Origin: Eledone cirrhosa
Taxonomy: Eukaryota
Assembly (NCBI GenBank): GCA_964016885.1
Contig: OZ024743.1
Span: forward strand, 278,814,001-278,878,000
Length of the DNA stretch: 64,000 nt
Direction of reading: 5' to 3'
Positions 40,881-54,123 of this stretch are shown here, one piece after another (position 1 is the first letter of the stretch; the number at the start of each line of letters is the position of its first letter). The position numbers and the translations under genes were made by a program. Under the pieces are notes generated by a model. That model worked only from the letters and a program-made list of their open reading frames with translations. It was not told the origin of the DNA and did not search any database.

Positions 40881-41466
40881 TTGCCTTTCATTTTATTTAT
40901 TTATTTATTCATTTATCTATTTATTTATTCATTTATCTATTTATTTATTCATTTTCTATTTAGAAAGATGTTTTGAATGTCACCCACTCCAGAACATGCT
41001 TTGATATAAAGCCATTATAGAGAGCCGACAATATCTGAGAAGTTATGTGGATACCAGATGTGAATACCTTTTATATTTCGTATTGAGTTATTTTATTGAG
41101 CTATTCATTGTCTATATATATTAGCGTAGGAGGCATACATCTATTGGTTTCTGTCAATCCGGAAAAATATCTCTGGATAGTTAGCTCTTTTAACCTTCAT
41201 TCGTTGATAGATGACATTTCCCTATTAGTTTCGAGAATGCTTCGTTGGTGTATAATCAAGCTTGATATTGCTGTCATCCCGTCTTGGATTTTATTACTAG
41301 CATTTCTTTAGTCACAATGTATTGTTTAGGAGAACTTTCTTTGTTGAGCTACTTGTGAGTTTTATTCTCAATGTAAGTTATCATGCTTTCTTACTGTTTT
41401 TTTTTTCGCTATTTATCAGATGTTCTATAGCTTGAAGTTTTGGAAGTTGCTTAGCTAACATTATTT

Positions 41467-41652
41467 CGGTGGATTGGCAGTATCGGTAGAGGGTCGGACG
41501 CCATGCTTTCCAGCATAGTTACGTCCCTTTACGATCTAAGTTCAAATCCCGCCGAGGTTGACTTTGCTTTTCATCCTTACGGGGTAGATAAAATAAAGTA
41601 CCAGTAACGCACTGGTAAATTGCTGGCATTGTGCCAAAAGTAGAAACAATTA
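41467..41652 (+). mobile_element. tRNA-derived SINE, near full length
   Basis: A box TGGCAGTATCGGTAG, canonical B box GTTCAAATCCC at 41540, central domain and 3' end as at 40321. Confidence 0.9.
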
Positions 41653-42499
41653 TTTCTTTATTCATAAGAATTTCTTTATATATGTCTGAGAATGAAATTT
41701 ATTGGTTTGAACGAACATTTTTAATGTTGTTTGATTTAAAATGCTTGCGATGGCTTCGTGTACTGTAAGCAAATGAATACATAGAAACAAAATGCGTTCG
41801 TTTTAAAGTATTAGCAAATCCGTAAAGAGTTGAGGCGCATGAAACTGAGTTTAGCCGCAGTACAGAACGCGAAATAGTATCCCCTATGATAATATTGATA
41901 TACATGAGATTTAAAATTTATAGGAGGGATTTAGCTGATTGTATCAACTCCATACTAACCTGGTATATATTTTATTCACCTCAAAAAGGGGAAATCTCGG
42001 TTGTAATTGCTAGCTTGGTCTGATAAAATGGCTCATTTTATAAATTCTTTTATTTCTATGTTGATGCATAACTTTATACATCTTTATAGACTTCCACTAT
42101 TATGTGAAAAATATCGATTATGTCTTCATTCTCGTTCCATAGTTATGCTTGTTTAATTTAATTAAGGATTTCAATCATTTTTGTTCTAAGGTTTTCTAAA
42201 ACAATACTGGAATTATTTTGATTCGTACATTTATAGATCCTCATACAATTATTTCATTATTTGAAATATTATGATTATATCATGGTTTACGTTCTCTATA
42301 TAAGGTTGTAGAAAATGTATCGCCTAAACTTGTTTTATTATGGTTACGACATAGATTACGTCACCGACCTCTCTGTACAGTGATGTGAACATTACCCGAA
42401 TAAATGTCTATATATTGTAGGTATTAACATAGGATTCCTGCATATAATTAGCGAATTGACGCTGTTAAAAAGACTTGCTGAATTACGTGCTTAACATTA

Positions 42500-43650
42500 A
42501 CGAACGAATCGATTGATCCATGTACCAGCACAAATACAGTTTTAAGATAGCTTGGATTTGAAACAACATTGATGTAAAACCACAGAAGATGAATTTTCTC
42601 TTTGATTAATCACGTATAATCAAATGTCTTTTCGATGTTATGATAATCCATGATGCAGATATATGCTGTGACCACTCCCTTCTTATTTAACTCTATGATA
42701 AAGATGAAACGTTCAACAACAACATTTAAATAACTCAAAACACTTGGATAAAGACAGGTTTAAGAACATCGAAAGACAATTTAGAACTCATAAAAATAAA
42801 CGATAATTTAAATCAACCCCAAATTCTTCCGAGTGTTTGGATACAAATAGCCTAAAGAATAATAAAATACAATCGGAATTCCATCGAAGCCTCGTAAATA
42901 GGTTGGAAGTTCCTCTGCATGAAATATCGGGAAAAATGTGAACTGATGAGAACAGAAATTTACTTCGGAAACGTGAGCAAAGATATATTAGGTACAGGGA
43001 AATAGCTAAAAGAGGAATCGATAACCGTTGATATATGGCGAAACGTAAAAATCTTTCATCTCCTAAAACAACGACGCTGAAGATAGTTTAGTAAGTACAC
43101 TGACAAAAAGACAATAACAAACACATAAGACAAGCAAATATATCAAATGCAGTGTGCAACATGACAAGAGAAATTGGCTCAAAGATCAAAGAAACCTTGC
43201 TGGATATTCAGAAAACCGATATATTACGAGAACTGTGTTTAATACAGTAAAGAAAATAAATGGCCAAATAAAGGCAAGATAAAACGTGCCCCTTAAATTA
43301 AAAACACGACGAAATTAAAGAGAAGATATTTTCAAGAGGTTTTAAACAGGCCAAGGCCATAAATTCTGGATAATATTAAAGAGACAGGCAGCAATGACAA
43401 CACTGTGAAACCATGAAAATCTGGGTGTTATTCATTTCTGTTGGAACGTAATTTACACAACCTGGAAAAAATATCCCGGCAAATGGAAATTTCTCATATC
43501 AATAATCAGGATATCATTGAAGCACCTCAGCCGACATATAATGTGAGCTCAATCAAAATAAAATCAACTGATATTACATGTTGAATGTCGAAGAAATATT
43601 CTAAGCGCTTCTGCTTCTTGATTTCACCGAATCTATAGGCATTGCAATTA
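42500..43650 (+). mobile_element. Possible very old LINE relic (endonuclease end to RT start)
   Basis: A-rich strand with scattered motif remnants in plausible order (CDHSLL at ~42667, IPGKWK at ~43473, LLDF at ~43614). No intact ORF. Confidence 0.3.
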
Positions 43651-44454
43651 CCTCAACAAAACTATCTCCTACTCAATGCTGAATTGGTTTTAGTAGGGTG
43701 TTGGTGTTTTAGTTTAGACTTAGGTCAGTTCTGATTAAGTTGGCGCATGATCGAATTTGTTCCAGCATTTACCATAACGTGTTTCATCGGTATAAGGCAA
43801 CTAGGATTAAAGGTGTCCGCATTCATTTATGTAGTGCAATATAAGGCGACGAATTATGAGGGTAATAAGAAATTCCGATAGAATACCTTGTATTTGATCC
43901 TGGTCTCTGCCTTTCATCAATTGGAGTTCGATAAATAAAATGCTAACCCAGAACTATTCTTCCGCTCTCTTTCCCTCATTCACCCCGTCTTTCTTGTTTT
44001 CTCTGGAAACAATCAACTGTGATCAGACTTAGAGAAAGACGAGCTCTTCTAATAGTTAGAAGCCAGGGGCTTGACAAAAGTGTAACTTGAGCAACCGTAT
44101 TAAGCATAACTTTTGTACGTTTCAGTAGTTGTTGTCAAGATTAGTAATAATTTATAGCGAGGTGTAAATGCGATATCAAGGTAACCGTGTCTCTATGATG
44201 AAGGCATTGAATTCATCTAGCGATCAAATCAAATATGACAGCTGATGTCACGACTGATGATATCGGAAGGAAGATCCACTTAAATTCTTATCTAAATATT
44301 CGTGTCACTTAAATTTCACTTGACTATCTGGTATTTATTTCCTACAGCTACGGAAACTAAGGTAGGGTTTCATTATATTATGACACGTGAGCTTCGACGG
44401 TGGAATGTCTAAGTCTTTATTGACTTTCGGACAAAGTTTCTTATATTCTGAGAT

Positions 44455-44750
44455 AAAAATCCCGTCGAGGTCAAATTTGACTTACAATGAAACAAAGAAC
44501 CGTTAAAGTACTAGGTTCGTTATAATCGTCCTCCCTCCGAATTGCTGGGCTTGTGCCAATGCTAGAAAGAGCAGTTGTGGTGGATTGGTCCAGTCGCTTT
44601 ATGTTCTGTGTTCAAATCCAGTTGAAATCAATTTTGCCCTTCATCCTTCCGGGATCGATAAAATAAAGTACCAGTTAAGTACCGGGGTAAATATATTCGA
44701 ATCCATCCCCATAAATTCTTGGCCTTGCGCCTAAATTAGAAATCATTATT
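44455..44750 (+). mobile_element. Two tandem SINE copies (degenerate 44455-44570; clearer 44590-44750)
   Basis: GTTCAAATCC B box at 44610 and TTCATCCTTCCGGGATCGATAAAATAAAGTACCAG. The upstream copy has AATCCCGTCGAGGTCAA..CTTGTGCCAA. Confidence 0.7.
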
Positions 44751-45333
44751 ACACGTGAGCTGATGATATTATTTCAATGTCTTTATACAATCGGTCATTG
44801 TAATTCTCTAACGGCGTAATCGAAATCTAAAATGCATCTCGCAATCGGTGGTTTGAAAAGAAGTTACAGTTAAACAACAACGATGTAAGCGACAAAAGCC
44901 AGGTTTCATACAAAAGAGAGAAAATTTGATTTCAATTGATTTTTATAATTCTTTTATTTATTCTCCACTCTTTTATTTCTTCCCATTAATGTTTCTTTAT
45001 ATTTACTTAATTATCTACTTCTTGCGTCGCAAGATAATTCTTATCAGAAGCCCTTGCTGGTTGGTTTTTTCATTATTTGATTCTTCAGAAAATGAAAACA
45101 ACAATAACAAAAAGAAGTGCAACAAAATAAAAAGAGGTGTCTGCAGGTATTTAGAATACATTACTACGACGATTGTGATGATAATAATAATAATGATGGT
45201 GATAAAATTAATGGTATTAATAATAATATTAATAAGCGTTATAAAGGGTTGGGGACATATAAGTAAATATATTGAAAGCGAGGAATAAAAAAGTAGTAAA
45301 AGCAAATAAATATAAATATTTAGTAAACACTCA

Positions 45334-45558
<225 letters not shown>

Positions 45559-45952
45559 CGATAACTGGCACCTTCAAAATTTGCAAAACATTCTTACGAT
45601 TCAAGAGATGACAATTTCTTTTCTTTTACAACCTTGCCACCAGGAAGGTGGCCGGTCAAAAAAATATACTCGAAATTAAGAGAAAGAGATAACATACATA
45701 CATACATATTCCAACACCTGCGTATATAAATAGTTTTACACGCCTGCATACATATATGAAGAGAGAGTGAGTGTCAGAAAAGAAATCAGTAGTATTGTAT
45801 AGATAATGGTTTTAACTTTTAATTAGCAATTAAGTAAAACAGAATGCAACCACATCTCGATCCATTATATTTTATTGATGGTATTATCGTACCTGTCTCA
45901 ACAGATCGGTGCAATACTCAGCAAACATAAGTAACACGCCCGCGGCCCCCCA

Positions 45953-45991
<39 letters not shown>

Positions 45992-45998
<7 letters not shown>

Positions 45999-46030
45999 TT
46001 CGTTCCATTCTTTTCCATTTATATATATAT

Positions 46031-46076
<46 letters not shown>

Positions 46077-46101
46077 GGAAAAGAATGAAACGAAATTTCA
46101 T
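45992..46101. repeat. Palindrome: ~29-bp inverted arms around an (AT)n core
   Basis: ATGAAATTTCGTTCCATTCTTTTCCATTT vs AAATGGAAAAGAATGAAACGAAATTTCAT, one mismatch. Confidence 0.92.
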
Positions 46102-46659
46102 TTCTCACTCTTTGTACGGCTGATACCTAAATATAAGTATGTATACGTACATAAATATATGTGTACAGACGTACAGTAGTATGTACATATATATACATAC
46201 ATGCACACACATATATATATATGTACATATGTGTTTACCGAACATATATTATAATGTTCGGTTTGTTTGTAAACAAACAGCCTGAACTACGCCGTACAGT
46301 GCTCGGCAACCATCGTCGCCCTTTTGTTCAACACTGGCGCAGGAACAATGTACTAGTTTCAAGCTTATTAGCTATCGTCAGCATCGTTTTATCCATTTAT
46401 CGTTTTCGGTACGCCCGGCCGACTAACTCACTCGATATGCAAATTAGGCTGCTCAGCCGTTAATATGCATAAGGAAAGTATATATATTTGTACGTATGAA
46501 TGTGTGTATGTACGTATGTGTGTATGTATGTATCTCTATGTAGAAATTTACGGGGTTTATTCTTTCATTCCATGATGATACGAAGGCGTTTGCGGTGAGA
46601 TCTAAGAACTTTTCTCGGTTAATATAGAGGTGAAACAGAGTGACCTGCACACTCCGACT

Positions 46660-47728
46660 TTGTTTGTCATCGGTTGTTTTGTCAAAAGCTTTCACCAATA
46701 TAGATGTTTGCATACGTTATCGAACAACAAGAAAGCTCTTTAATATCTGACAATACCTTACTGCATCAAAAAATTATTTTGCTTTGATACATGATCTTTT
46801 TTACACAGAAGTCTGTGATCTTGTTAGCCACACGGAAAAATACATTCAGATTCTAATGGGTGGCTTCACGACAGCATGGGATGAGTTTGGACTGACAATC
46901 AACCACAAAAAGACAGCGGTAATGTACCAGCATGATCCCGGAAAGTCATATATTCCACCATCCATATTTGTCAAACTGAAAATATTGAGGTTCGTGTGTA
47001 CGTTCGACTACCTGGGTAATAATCCCTTAACAGCCAGCACACTTGATGAATAATTAAGTTAGAAGCTGTCTAAAGTTTCTGATGTTTTTGGTAAGCCTGA
47101 GTAAAGCCTGTCACAGTCAGATAGCAATGTGTGCTCCACAATTGGAATGTATCAATTATGTGTACTTATATCCTTGCTGTATGGATGTGAGACTTGGTCA
47201 ACCTGCTGTGGGTATATCCAGCGCCTCAAACGTTTCCACCAACAAAATTTGCGTTCCATCCTCATGATCTCGTGGCCGTTTCATGCATCAGATACTGATG
47301 CGCTGCAGTGAGCCTGTCTGCTAAGCATCGAGACCATGACCTTAAAATAACGTCTGGTTGTCAGGTCACATTGTACGCCTATTGGACAGCTGACTCCCAA
47401 AAATATTACAAGGAGAGTTGTTGCAAAAAAGTGCTTTAATTTCTGCCTAAGAATGAAAACCATCTTCAGTTGACATGTGGCATCTGTAACAAAGGGTATC
47501 ACTCTGCAGGTTGTCTAATACGGCACCACAAAGCATGTATCGCCAATCAAACTCAATTAGGTGGGAAAATTGACTGCACGATGTGTGGCATGACTTGTAA
47601 GTCACGTCCTGGTTTGATGATCCATCTAAGGCGGCATCAACAACAGCAGCAATATCAATAAGACGAGTTTGTCGATCTCTGTTTTTCTCTTCTAAAAAGA
47701 GCCGTACTCGGACACGAGCTGCCTTATA
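46660..47728 (+). mobile_element. Degenerate RTE/BovB-like LINE, 3' portion, with C-terminal C2H2-like fingers
   Basis: FGLTINHKKTAVMYQ, FDYLG, LLYGCETW, LKRFHQQNLRSIL and terminal CTMCGMTCKSRPGLMIHLRRH. Multiple stops and frameshifts. Confidence 0.85.
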
Positions 47729-47751
47729 CAAATGTATGTATGTATGTATGT

Positions 47752-49138
47752 TCTTCTAGGTTTTATAATTTCACAAATCTTTTCTCAATAGAGTGAGTCG
47801 GTTTCTAACATAGACACAAGACTCTCTTATTGGAATTTACACAACATCAACTAGGTAGATCATGTATGCATGCATGTGTAGATATGGATGTTATTGTATG
47901 TGTGGATGTGGATGTTTTGAGTTGTATGTGTGCATGTGTATATGCTTTGTATCTGTACATGTGTATATGCAGTTATTAGATGCAACATTTTTGGAATGCT
48001 TTACATATTTTTACTGTTCCATTAATGGATTGTACTTGTAGTTTCCTAACTAGTTGTGTTCTTTCTGTTCCTGTGAAGCCTAGCTTCTCAAGATTTGTAT
48101 TGAGGCAGTTACTAACATACCCCAGTGCTCCAATAACCACAGGCATAAATCTGAAGGTTTAATCAGGGTGGAGTATCTGCAGATTTCTCATCAGTTCTGC
48201 ATAAATATTCTCCTTTTTGCTAATCTTTGATATTATATTGGCATCTGCTGGGCAGCTTTTTTCTCCCTGTCCCATATAATATCTGGTCTGTTATGCCTGC
48301 ATTTTATTTGGGTTTTTACTGGAACATTCCAGCAATACTCTTTCATATTATGCACATGGCTATCTTCCACATTGCTGTAGCTTTTAATGTGTTTATTATC
48401 GGGGTTATCTTTTCTACGGATTGCATTGTACAGTGTTTTGGCCACTACATCATTCATCATAGGTAGATAGTACCGCGATGACATCTTTGGACAGCTGCTG
48501 ATGACATGGGTGACATCTTCGATGTTAGTTCTGCAGAGTGAGCACTTGTTATCACATCTAGGTGTTTTGCCTGCATCCATATCTCTTTTTTGAATCAGAT
48601 ATTTCGTGTTAATTTCCTGTTTTGGATTGCAAAAGCGTATCCTTCAAAGTGGGAGTCAATATAGCGATTGTTGGTCCATGATAGACTACTTTCCTTATCT
48701 ATATTACTCTCACTCTGGAGCTTCCTGGCAACATATCCATGCATGATTTTTTGCTGATAAGCATGCGGTTTTTCATCCAAGGATTCACTGCGATACTGCT
48801 GAGCGACATCCCTGGGTGTGAGTTTTTGATTATCACACAGGGAATATCTCTCGAGGAGTTCCTTCCCAACTCTCATGATCTTATCCGTTTCATGCAGATA
48901 GACTTGCTCCAGAGACGGGTTCATAAGCTTCGAGGTTCGTAGATGTTGTCGGAGGGATATGATGCGACATTCAAATGCTGTCTGGTCTGGTGTAGCCCTC
49001 TGCCTCCCTGCTTACGTTTCAAGTAAAGGCGGTCTATGTCACTGTTGACGTGAAGTTTCCGGTGTTGTTTAGTAATTTTCGAGTTCTAACATCAACTGCT
49101 CGGATTTCGTCTATCGTCCAATTGAGTATTCCAAGCGT
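47752..49138 (-). mobile_element. 5'-truncated R4/Dong-like non-LTR retrotransposon (RT thumb, CCHC knuckle, restriction-like endonuclease, 3' UTR), degenerate
   Basis: LGILNWTIDEIRAVDVRTRKLL, RLYLKRKQGGRGL, MHGY, EGYAFAIQ, CSLC..EDVTHVISSC, RHNRPDII, KENIYAEL, PVVIGALG. Stop at 47976-47978. Confidence 0.88.
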
Positions 49139-49350
49139 TGTATGTATGTATGTATGTATGTATGTATGTATGTATGTATGTATGTATGTATGTATGCATG
49201 CATGTATGTATGTATGTATGTATGTATGTATGTATGTATGTATGTATGTATGTATGTATGCAGGTAGGTAGGTAGGTAGGTAGGTAGGTAGGTAGGTAGG
49301 TAGACAGGTAGGTAGGTAGGTATGTAGGTAGATAGGTAGTTAGGTAGGTG
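49139..49350. repeat. (GTAT)n then (GTAG)n microsatellite
   Basis: Direct reading. Confidence 0.96.
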
Positions 49351-49399
49351 GGTATGGTCTATCTGGGAATCTTATTAATAATATTCAACAAAACTCAAC

Positions 49400-50720
49400 A
49401 TCTCTTTCTCTTCATGACCCATCCATCTTTGAACAAATATATATTAGCATTAAGAAACCTTCGCGAGAAAACACTGGATGTAAACAACGATTTTTCGCAG
49501 AAATTTTAATACTTGCCGAGGAAAGCCTAGAAAAAAACGTGTATGAACGAATTCTGGAAATATGGCGGGAGGAACAAGTACCAACGGATTCGGAAGATGC
49601 AATAATGACTCATTTATACACGTACAAATGCCAGCAGGATGAATGCAGAAATTATAAGGGAATAACTCTTACCTCTGCTGCAGGGAAATTTCTTGCATCA
49701 GTTATGCTTTCAAGACTAAATAATATTTCAAACCTGAAACTTCCAAAATCACTATGTGGCTTTCAGCCCAAACGAAATATTGGTATGAGTTTTACAGAAC
49801 ATCAAATTCAAGGAAACGTTTACTAACAACAACTGAACCTATATCAGTTATTTGAGGATTTAACAAAAGTCTTTGATGTAGTTAGCAGAGGAACACTATG
49901 GAGGATTCCTGTCGTGTTAGGGAGCCCGGAACCTTTTGTTAACTTAATCAAATGCTTTCATGACAACTTGCGGGCTTGGAAAAATACTGCTGGTATCATT
50001 TCCGAGCCAATCAATATTAAAAATGGTTTTAAGCAGTGGAATCTAATGGCTGCTACATTTCTCTGTATATATTTCTTTTTGTTTGGCATTGATGCGTTTA
50101 GTGATTTTAATGAAGGCATCTCTGTCAGGTATCGTTACGCAGGAAAGAGTTACCTTCTGATACAACTGCTCTAGAAGTTCGCTAGAAATTAGGCACTCCA
50201 AAATAAAGTCTACTACAACAATATGCTGATGACAATACAGCACCAACAAACGGCAGATTCTCAAAAACGGCAGTCCTATGCAGAAAACATATCAGTATTT
50301 TGGAATGCAAGTCAAAGATTCTAATCCAGCCAAGACTCAGTGGAAACTGCGTGTAATTTTCTTATCTTGGTTCCGCATTGTAAAATGAAGATGAAAAGAA
50401 CAACAACATTAGAATTGCGGCTGCACACAGGTCACATGGCAGACTCGTACAAGGAGTCATTAAAAATCAACCTCATTCTCAAAACAAAAGTCATGAATTT
50501 TAAAATAAAATATCCTAAAATTATCGTACATCGAAAGTCCAGGGCAGGGCATACTGCCAGAAATTAACCGTCAAGTTTACCACACACCGTATTCTTTGGA
50601 ATACTCACTAATGGCAAATGACCTCGTGGTGAACCCAACTAAAATTGTAAATATCAACTCATCATCTGTGATCCAAGCAAAAATCAGTCCAGATATTGGG
50701 GAGGAGACATCTGCATATTG
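49400..50720 (+). mobile_element. Degenerate RTE/BovB-like LINE RT region
   Basis: IWREEQVP, CRNYKGITLTSAAGKFLA, LPKSLCGF, FEDLTKVFDVVSR, FVNLIKCFHD, QYADD at ~50220. Confidence 0.82.
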
Positions 50721-51294
50721 TAAAACCTGGAGGTGATTCATTTTAAAAATTTCAAATGCTTTTGAAAACTGATGAACACTCCATGATGATGAACGACGCA
50801 CCCCACGCCTATATATATATATATGATATTGCCTGCCCAAATAACCATTCTAGTTGATTCTGCACATTGTGACCGATAATTTTGAATAAATTTATTTCAA
50901 AAGAAATTCAATCATAAATGTGAATTCCTCTGTGATTTTCAGCAGAAGGTAGATATAAATAGAACTCCCAATGAATAATTTACATGAAAACATCCTCACA
51001 AAAATGAGTTGCATTGACAGAAGTGCATTTTATCACCTCGAATGAGTTTTAACAATGTTTCTCTCTATCTATGCATCATCAAAACAACTCGATGTTTCAA
51101 TGAGAATTTTTTTATGAAACTTTCTTGGCTTTATTTCAATAAATAGCAAGTACAAAAGAAGAATTATGAAGTACAATATAAGAAAGAAAGTCTCGGATTA
51201 AAAAAATCGTCAAATTTTAGCTTCGAACAAATATAATACAATGTTATACTATTAATACACATTCACACGCGCACACACACAAATTCACCTGGTT

Positions 51295-51471
<177 letters not shown>

Positions 51472-51911
51472 TATAAGATGCAGAGTGGACAGAGTAAAGA
51501 GTTTAGATTTAGCTTTCATATAATATTCAGAAAAGTATGGAGAATACCATCAAACTTCACACCAACACGCTATATTTTCAGAAATACTGGTCGTGTTCAG
51601 AGCCAGATCACTGATTTCCATTTGATTTCTTCTTTTCTTTTTCTCCGACTTCTCTCACTTTATGTATTTTCAAAAATAACGAAATCAAGAAAAGATAAAA
51701 TATTTTCTGAATAATCGTAGGTTTTAAAGAGCATTGAGTGAGTTATGATATTTAACTGTATGTTAGCTTAAAGTAGGTTTTAAACTAAAAAAACTATACA
51801 AACTAGTTAGGCATATAAGCTCCTAGAGACGGAGAAAATGGGAAAGAATCATTTAACCTCTTTCTTCCGTCGCTAGGGGATATATAACCCAACGTATTCA
51901 ACTATGTTAAT

Positions 51912-52120
51912 AATAGTTTCTAATTTAGGCAGAAGACGTGAAATATTATGGGGGTGGGGAAATACGATTAAATGATACCCAGTAATTCACTGGTACATTA
52001 GTCTATCGAATGTAGAAATACAAAGTTTACTCCATAGGATATTCGTACTCAGAACGTAAAGAGTCATAACTAAATACCGTGATGAATTTTCGCCGATTCC
52101 AACAGTTCTGAAATATCCAC
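51912..52120 (-). mobile_element. Degenerate SINE copy
   Basis: GTTTCTAATTTAGGC, CACTGGTAC and ACTCAGAACGTAAAGAG occur in the order expected for a reverse copy. Confidence 0.6.
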
Positions 52121-52633
52121 CAAAGATAGATTTCTGGTGATTTAACCAATAATAAAAAAAAAATGAAAATTAGAAGACTTCAAAAAAGGATATTTAAAAC
52201 AATAGTAGGGCAAGAAGGAAAAACAAATAATTGAGAGAGCAAACAATATAAGCAATGTCTGCCAAGTCAATCAACATTTATAAATAGATTCACTAGCAGT
52301 TCACAAACATATTTTTTAAATACATTTATTCGCATCTCAGGGATGTCAAAATACAGATAAGTCTCCCATTGATGTTTCTATTTTTATTTGTTTCTTTCTG
52401 ATTACTCACCCTGTCGTTGTATGAGGAAATGCAATGTAAAATTCTGGTCTACAGAAATTAATTTTGGCCAACCAAAACCATATATACATATGTATACACT
52501 GAAGAGAAAAGAAGCGGTTTCAGTTATTGCTTCATCTGACTGCCAGATGAAGCAATTTTTGAAAGTTCTAAATCATATCTATATTCCACTTTGTTCACAT
52601 GTTTTGATTGTTCATTCAGCTCTATTTAAAACA

Positions 52634-53460
52634 CTCAGACTCAGAAGCTCCCGCGTCTTGCGACGCATGAGGCAATCATAGTGTTCCACCGCGTTCGGTC
52701 AGCAGCCAGTTGCACAGCGTCCCGCCATTGTCTGTTTGTCGCTCGCAGGTCCCTCTCAACTGTTTGGCGCCAGTTCAGTTTGGGTCGCCCTCTCCGTCTG
52801 CTTCCCTGTGGGTTCCATTTAAGTACTTGGTTCGCCAGTCTCTCCGGGGGAAATCTCAAAGCGTGCCCAAACCAGCCCAGGCGTCGCTTGCAGATGGCAG
52901 AAGAGACTAGCTGCTGGTTGGTGCGGTTCCTGACTTCCTGGTTTGTTACATGGTCACTCCATTTAATCCCCAGGATCTTTCGCAGACACCTGGAATCGAA
53001 TGCGTCCTACTTCTTCTCTTGGTTGGTCTTAAGGTGCCATGTTTCACTTCCGTACAAGAGTGTGGACAGCACGTTGCTGTTGTAGAATCTCATCTTTGTT
53101 TTGAGGGTGAACTTCCTGCCCTTCCAGATCTTGACAAGCTGGTTAAATGCTGCTGAAGCCTTTCCCATTCTGCATTGCAATTCACTGTCCATGGCGCCCC
53201 ATTGTCAATGGAGCTTCCTAGGTAGGTAAAGTTGTCCACTATCTCCACCTCCCCCTGTTCAATGAAAACACTAGTTGGTGATGGGTGTGTCCCAGATAAC
53301 ATGCTTTTGGTCTTCTTAGCACTGATATTGAGACCTAAGCTTCCTGCTTCGACATTGATATTGTTCATAATGATTTGCAGGCCAGCTGTGCTCTCTGCAA
53401 GTGCAACAATATCGTCCGCAAAGTCCAGGTCAGACAACTTTTTCTCTCCCACCCAGCTTA
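52634..53460 (-). mobile_element. 5'-truncated RTE-clade LINE (RT FADD to 3' end), lightly degenerate
   Basis: LSDLDFADDI, GLNISAKKTK, FTYLGS, LLYGSETW, RRLGWFGHALR, GSRRRGRPKLNW. One frameshift and one stop. Short (CTGAGT)2 tail. Confidence 0.93.
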
Positions 53461-53676
53461 TATATTTGCTAAAGTGGTAGATAGTCCCTTCCACAAACAA
53501 CTATAAGGTTTCGGAAGAAGTGTGATGAATAATTAAGTATTGATATGATTGAAAAGCATGTATTGTAGCCAGCGTATGTAGACAATTATATTACACACTG
53601 AAACATATGTTAAAGCAAATAAATTCGGAATTTCCTTTCTAGCCGAAGTTAATAATTTTCTTAGTACAATACTTGC

Positions 53677-53750
<74 letters not shown>

Positions 53751-53751
53751 C

Positions 53752-53795
<44 letters not shown>
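53677..53795. repeat. (TATC)n-(TA)n-(TG)n compound microsatellite
   Basis: Direct reading. Confidence 0.95.
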
Positions 53796-53798
<3 letters not shown>

Positions 53799-53804
53799 AT
53801 ATAT

Positions 53805-53952
53805 GACGGCTGAGCTCTGTTCGGATCTATCTGTCGAAACGACCGGAGCTCAGCCGTCGGGGTCCTGAATTTGTTCATATTGCCTACTCTACTACCCCAA
53901 GTATCCAGTACTCTGGTGGATTATGATATTTTAACACACCCTTTCTGATCTG
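53805..53952 (+). mobile_element. Short dispersed repeat with 13-bp terminal hairpin; second copy inverted at 56706-56840
   Basis: GACGGCTGAGCTC / GAGCTCAGCCGTC stem. GTCGAAACG..GAGCTC.GCCGTCGGGGT and AGTACTCTGGTG are shared with the 56.8-kb copy. Confidence 0.6.
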
Positions 53953-54123
53953 ATATATATATATATTTATATATATAAAGGAAGATACAAAGCAGGCTTT
54001 GTTTAGAAACGACTAGTGAATTTCAAAATTAGGTAGTAACATGTGCTTATGCCATATTTGACAAAATGGAAGTACTCTGTTAGTTGGGATTTTAAAAAAC
54101 CCTCTGAATGGAAGAAATGATAT

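Noticed and set aside
40940-41460. Faint resemblance to BEL/Pao RT-RNase H on the minus strand (LKELTIQRYF)
   Set aside because: Too degenerate to support without a search; no catalytic motif or LTR seen.
47470-47661. Host C2H2 zinc-finger gene exon
   Set aside because: It is collinear with the end of an RTE ORF and lacks TGEKP linkers.
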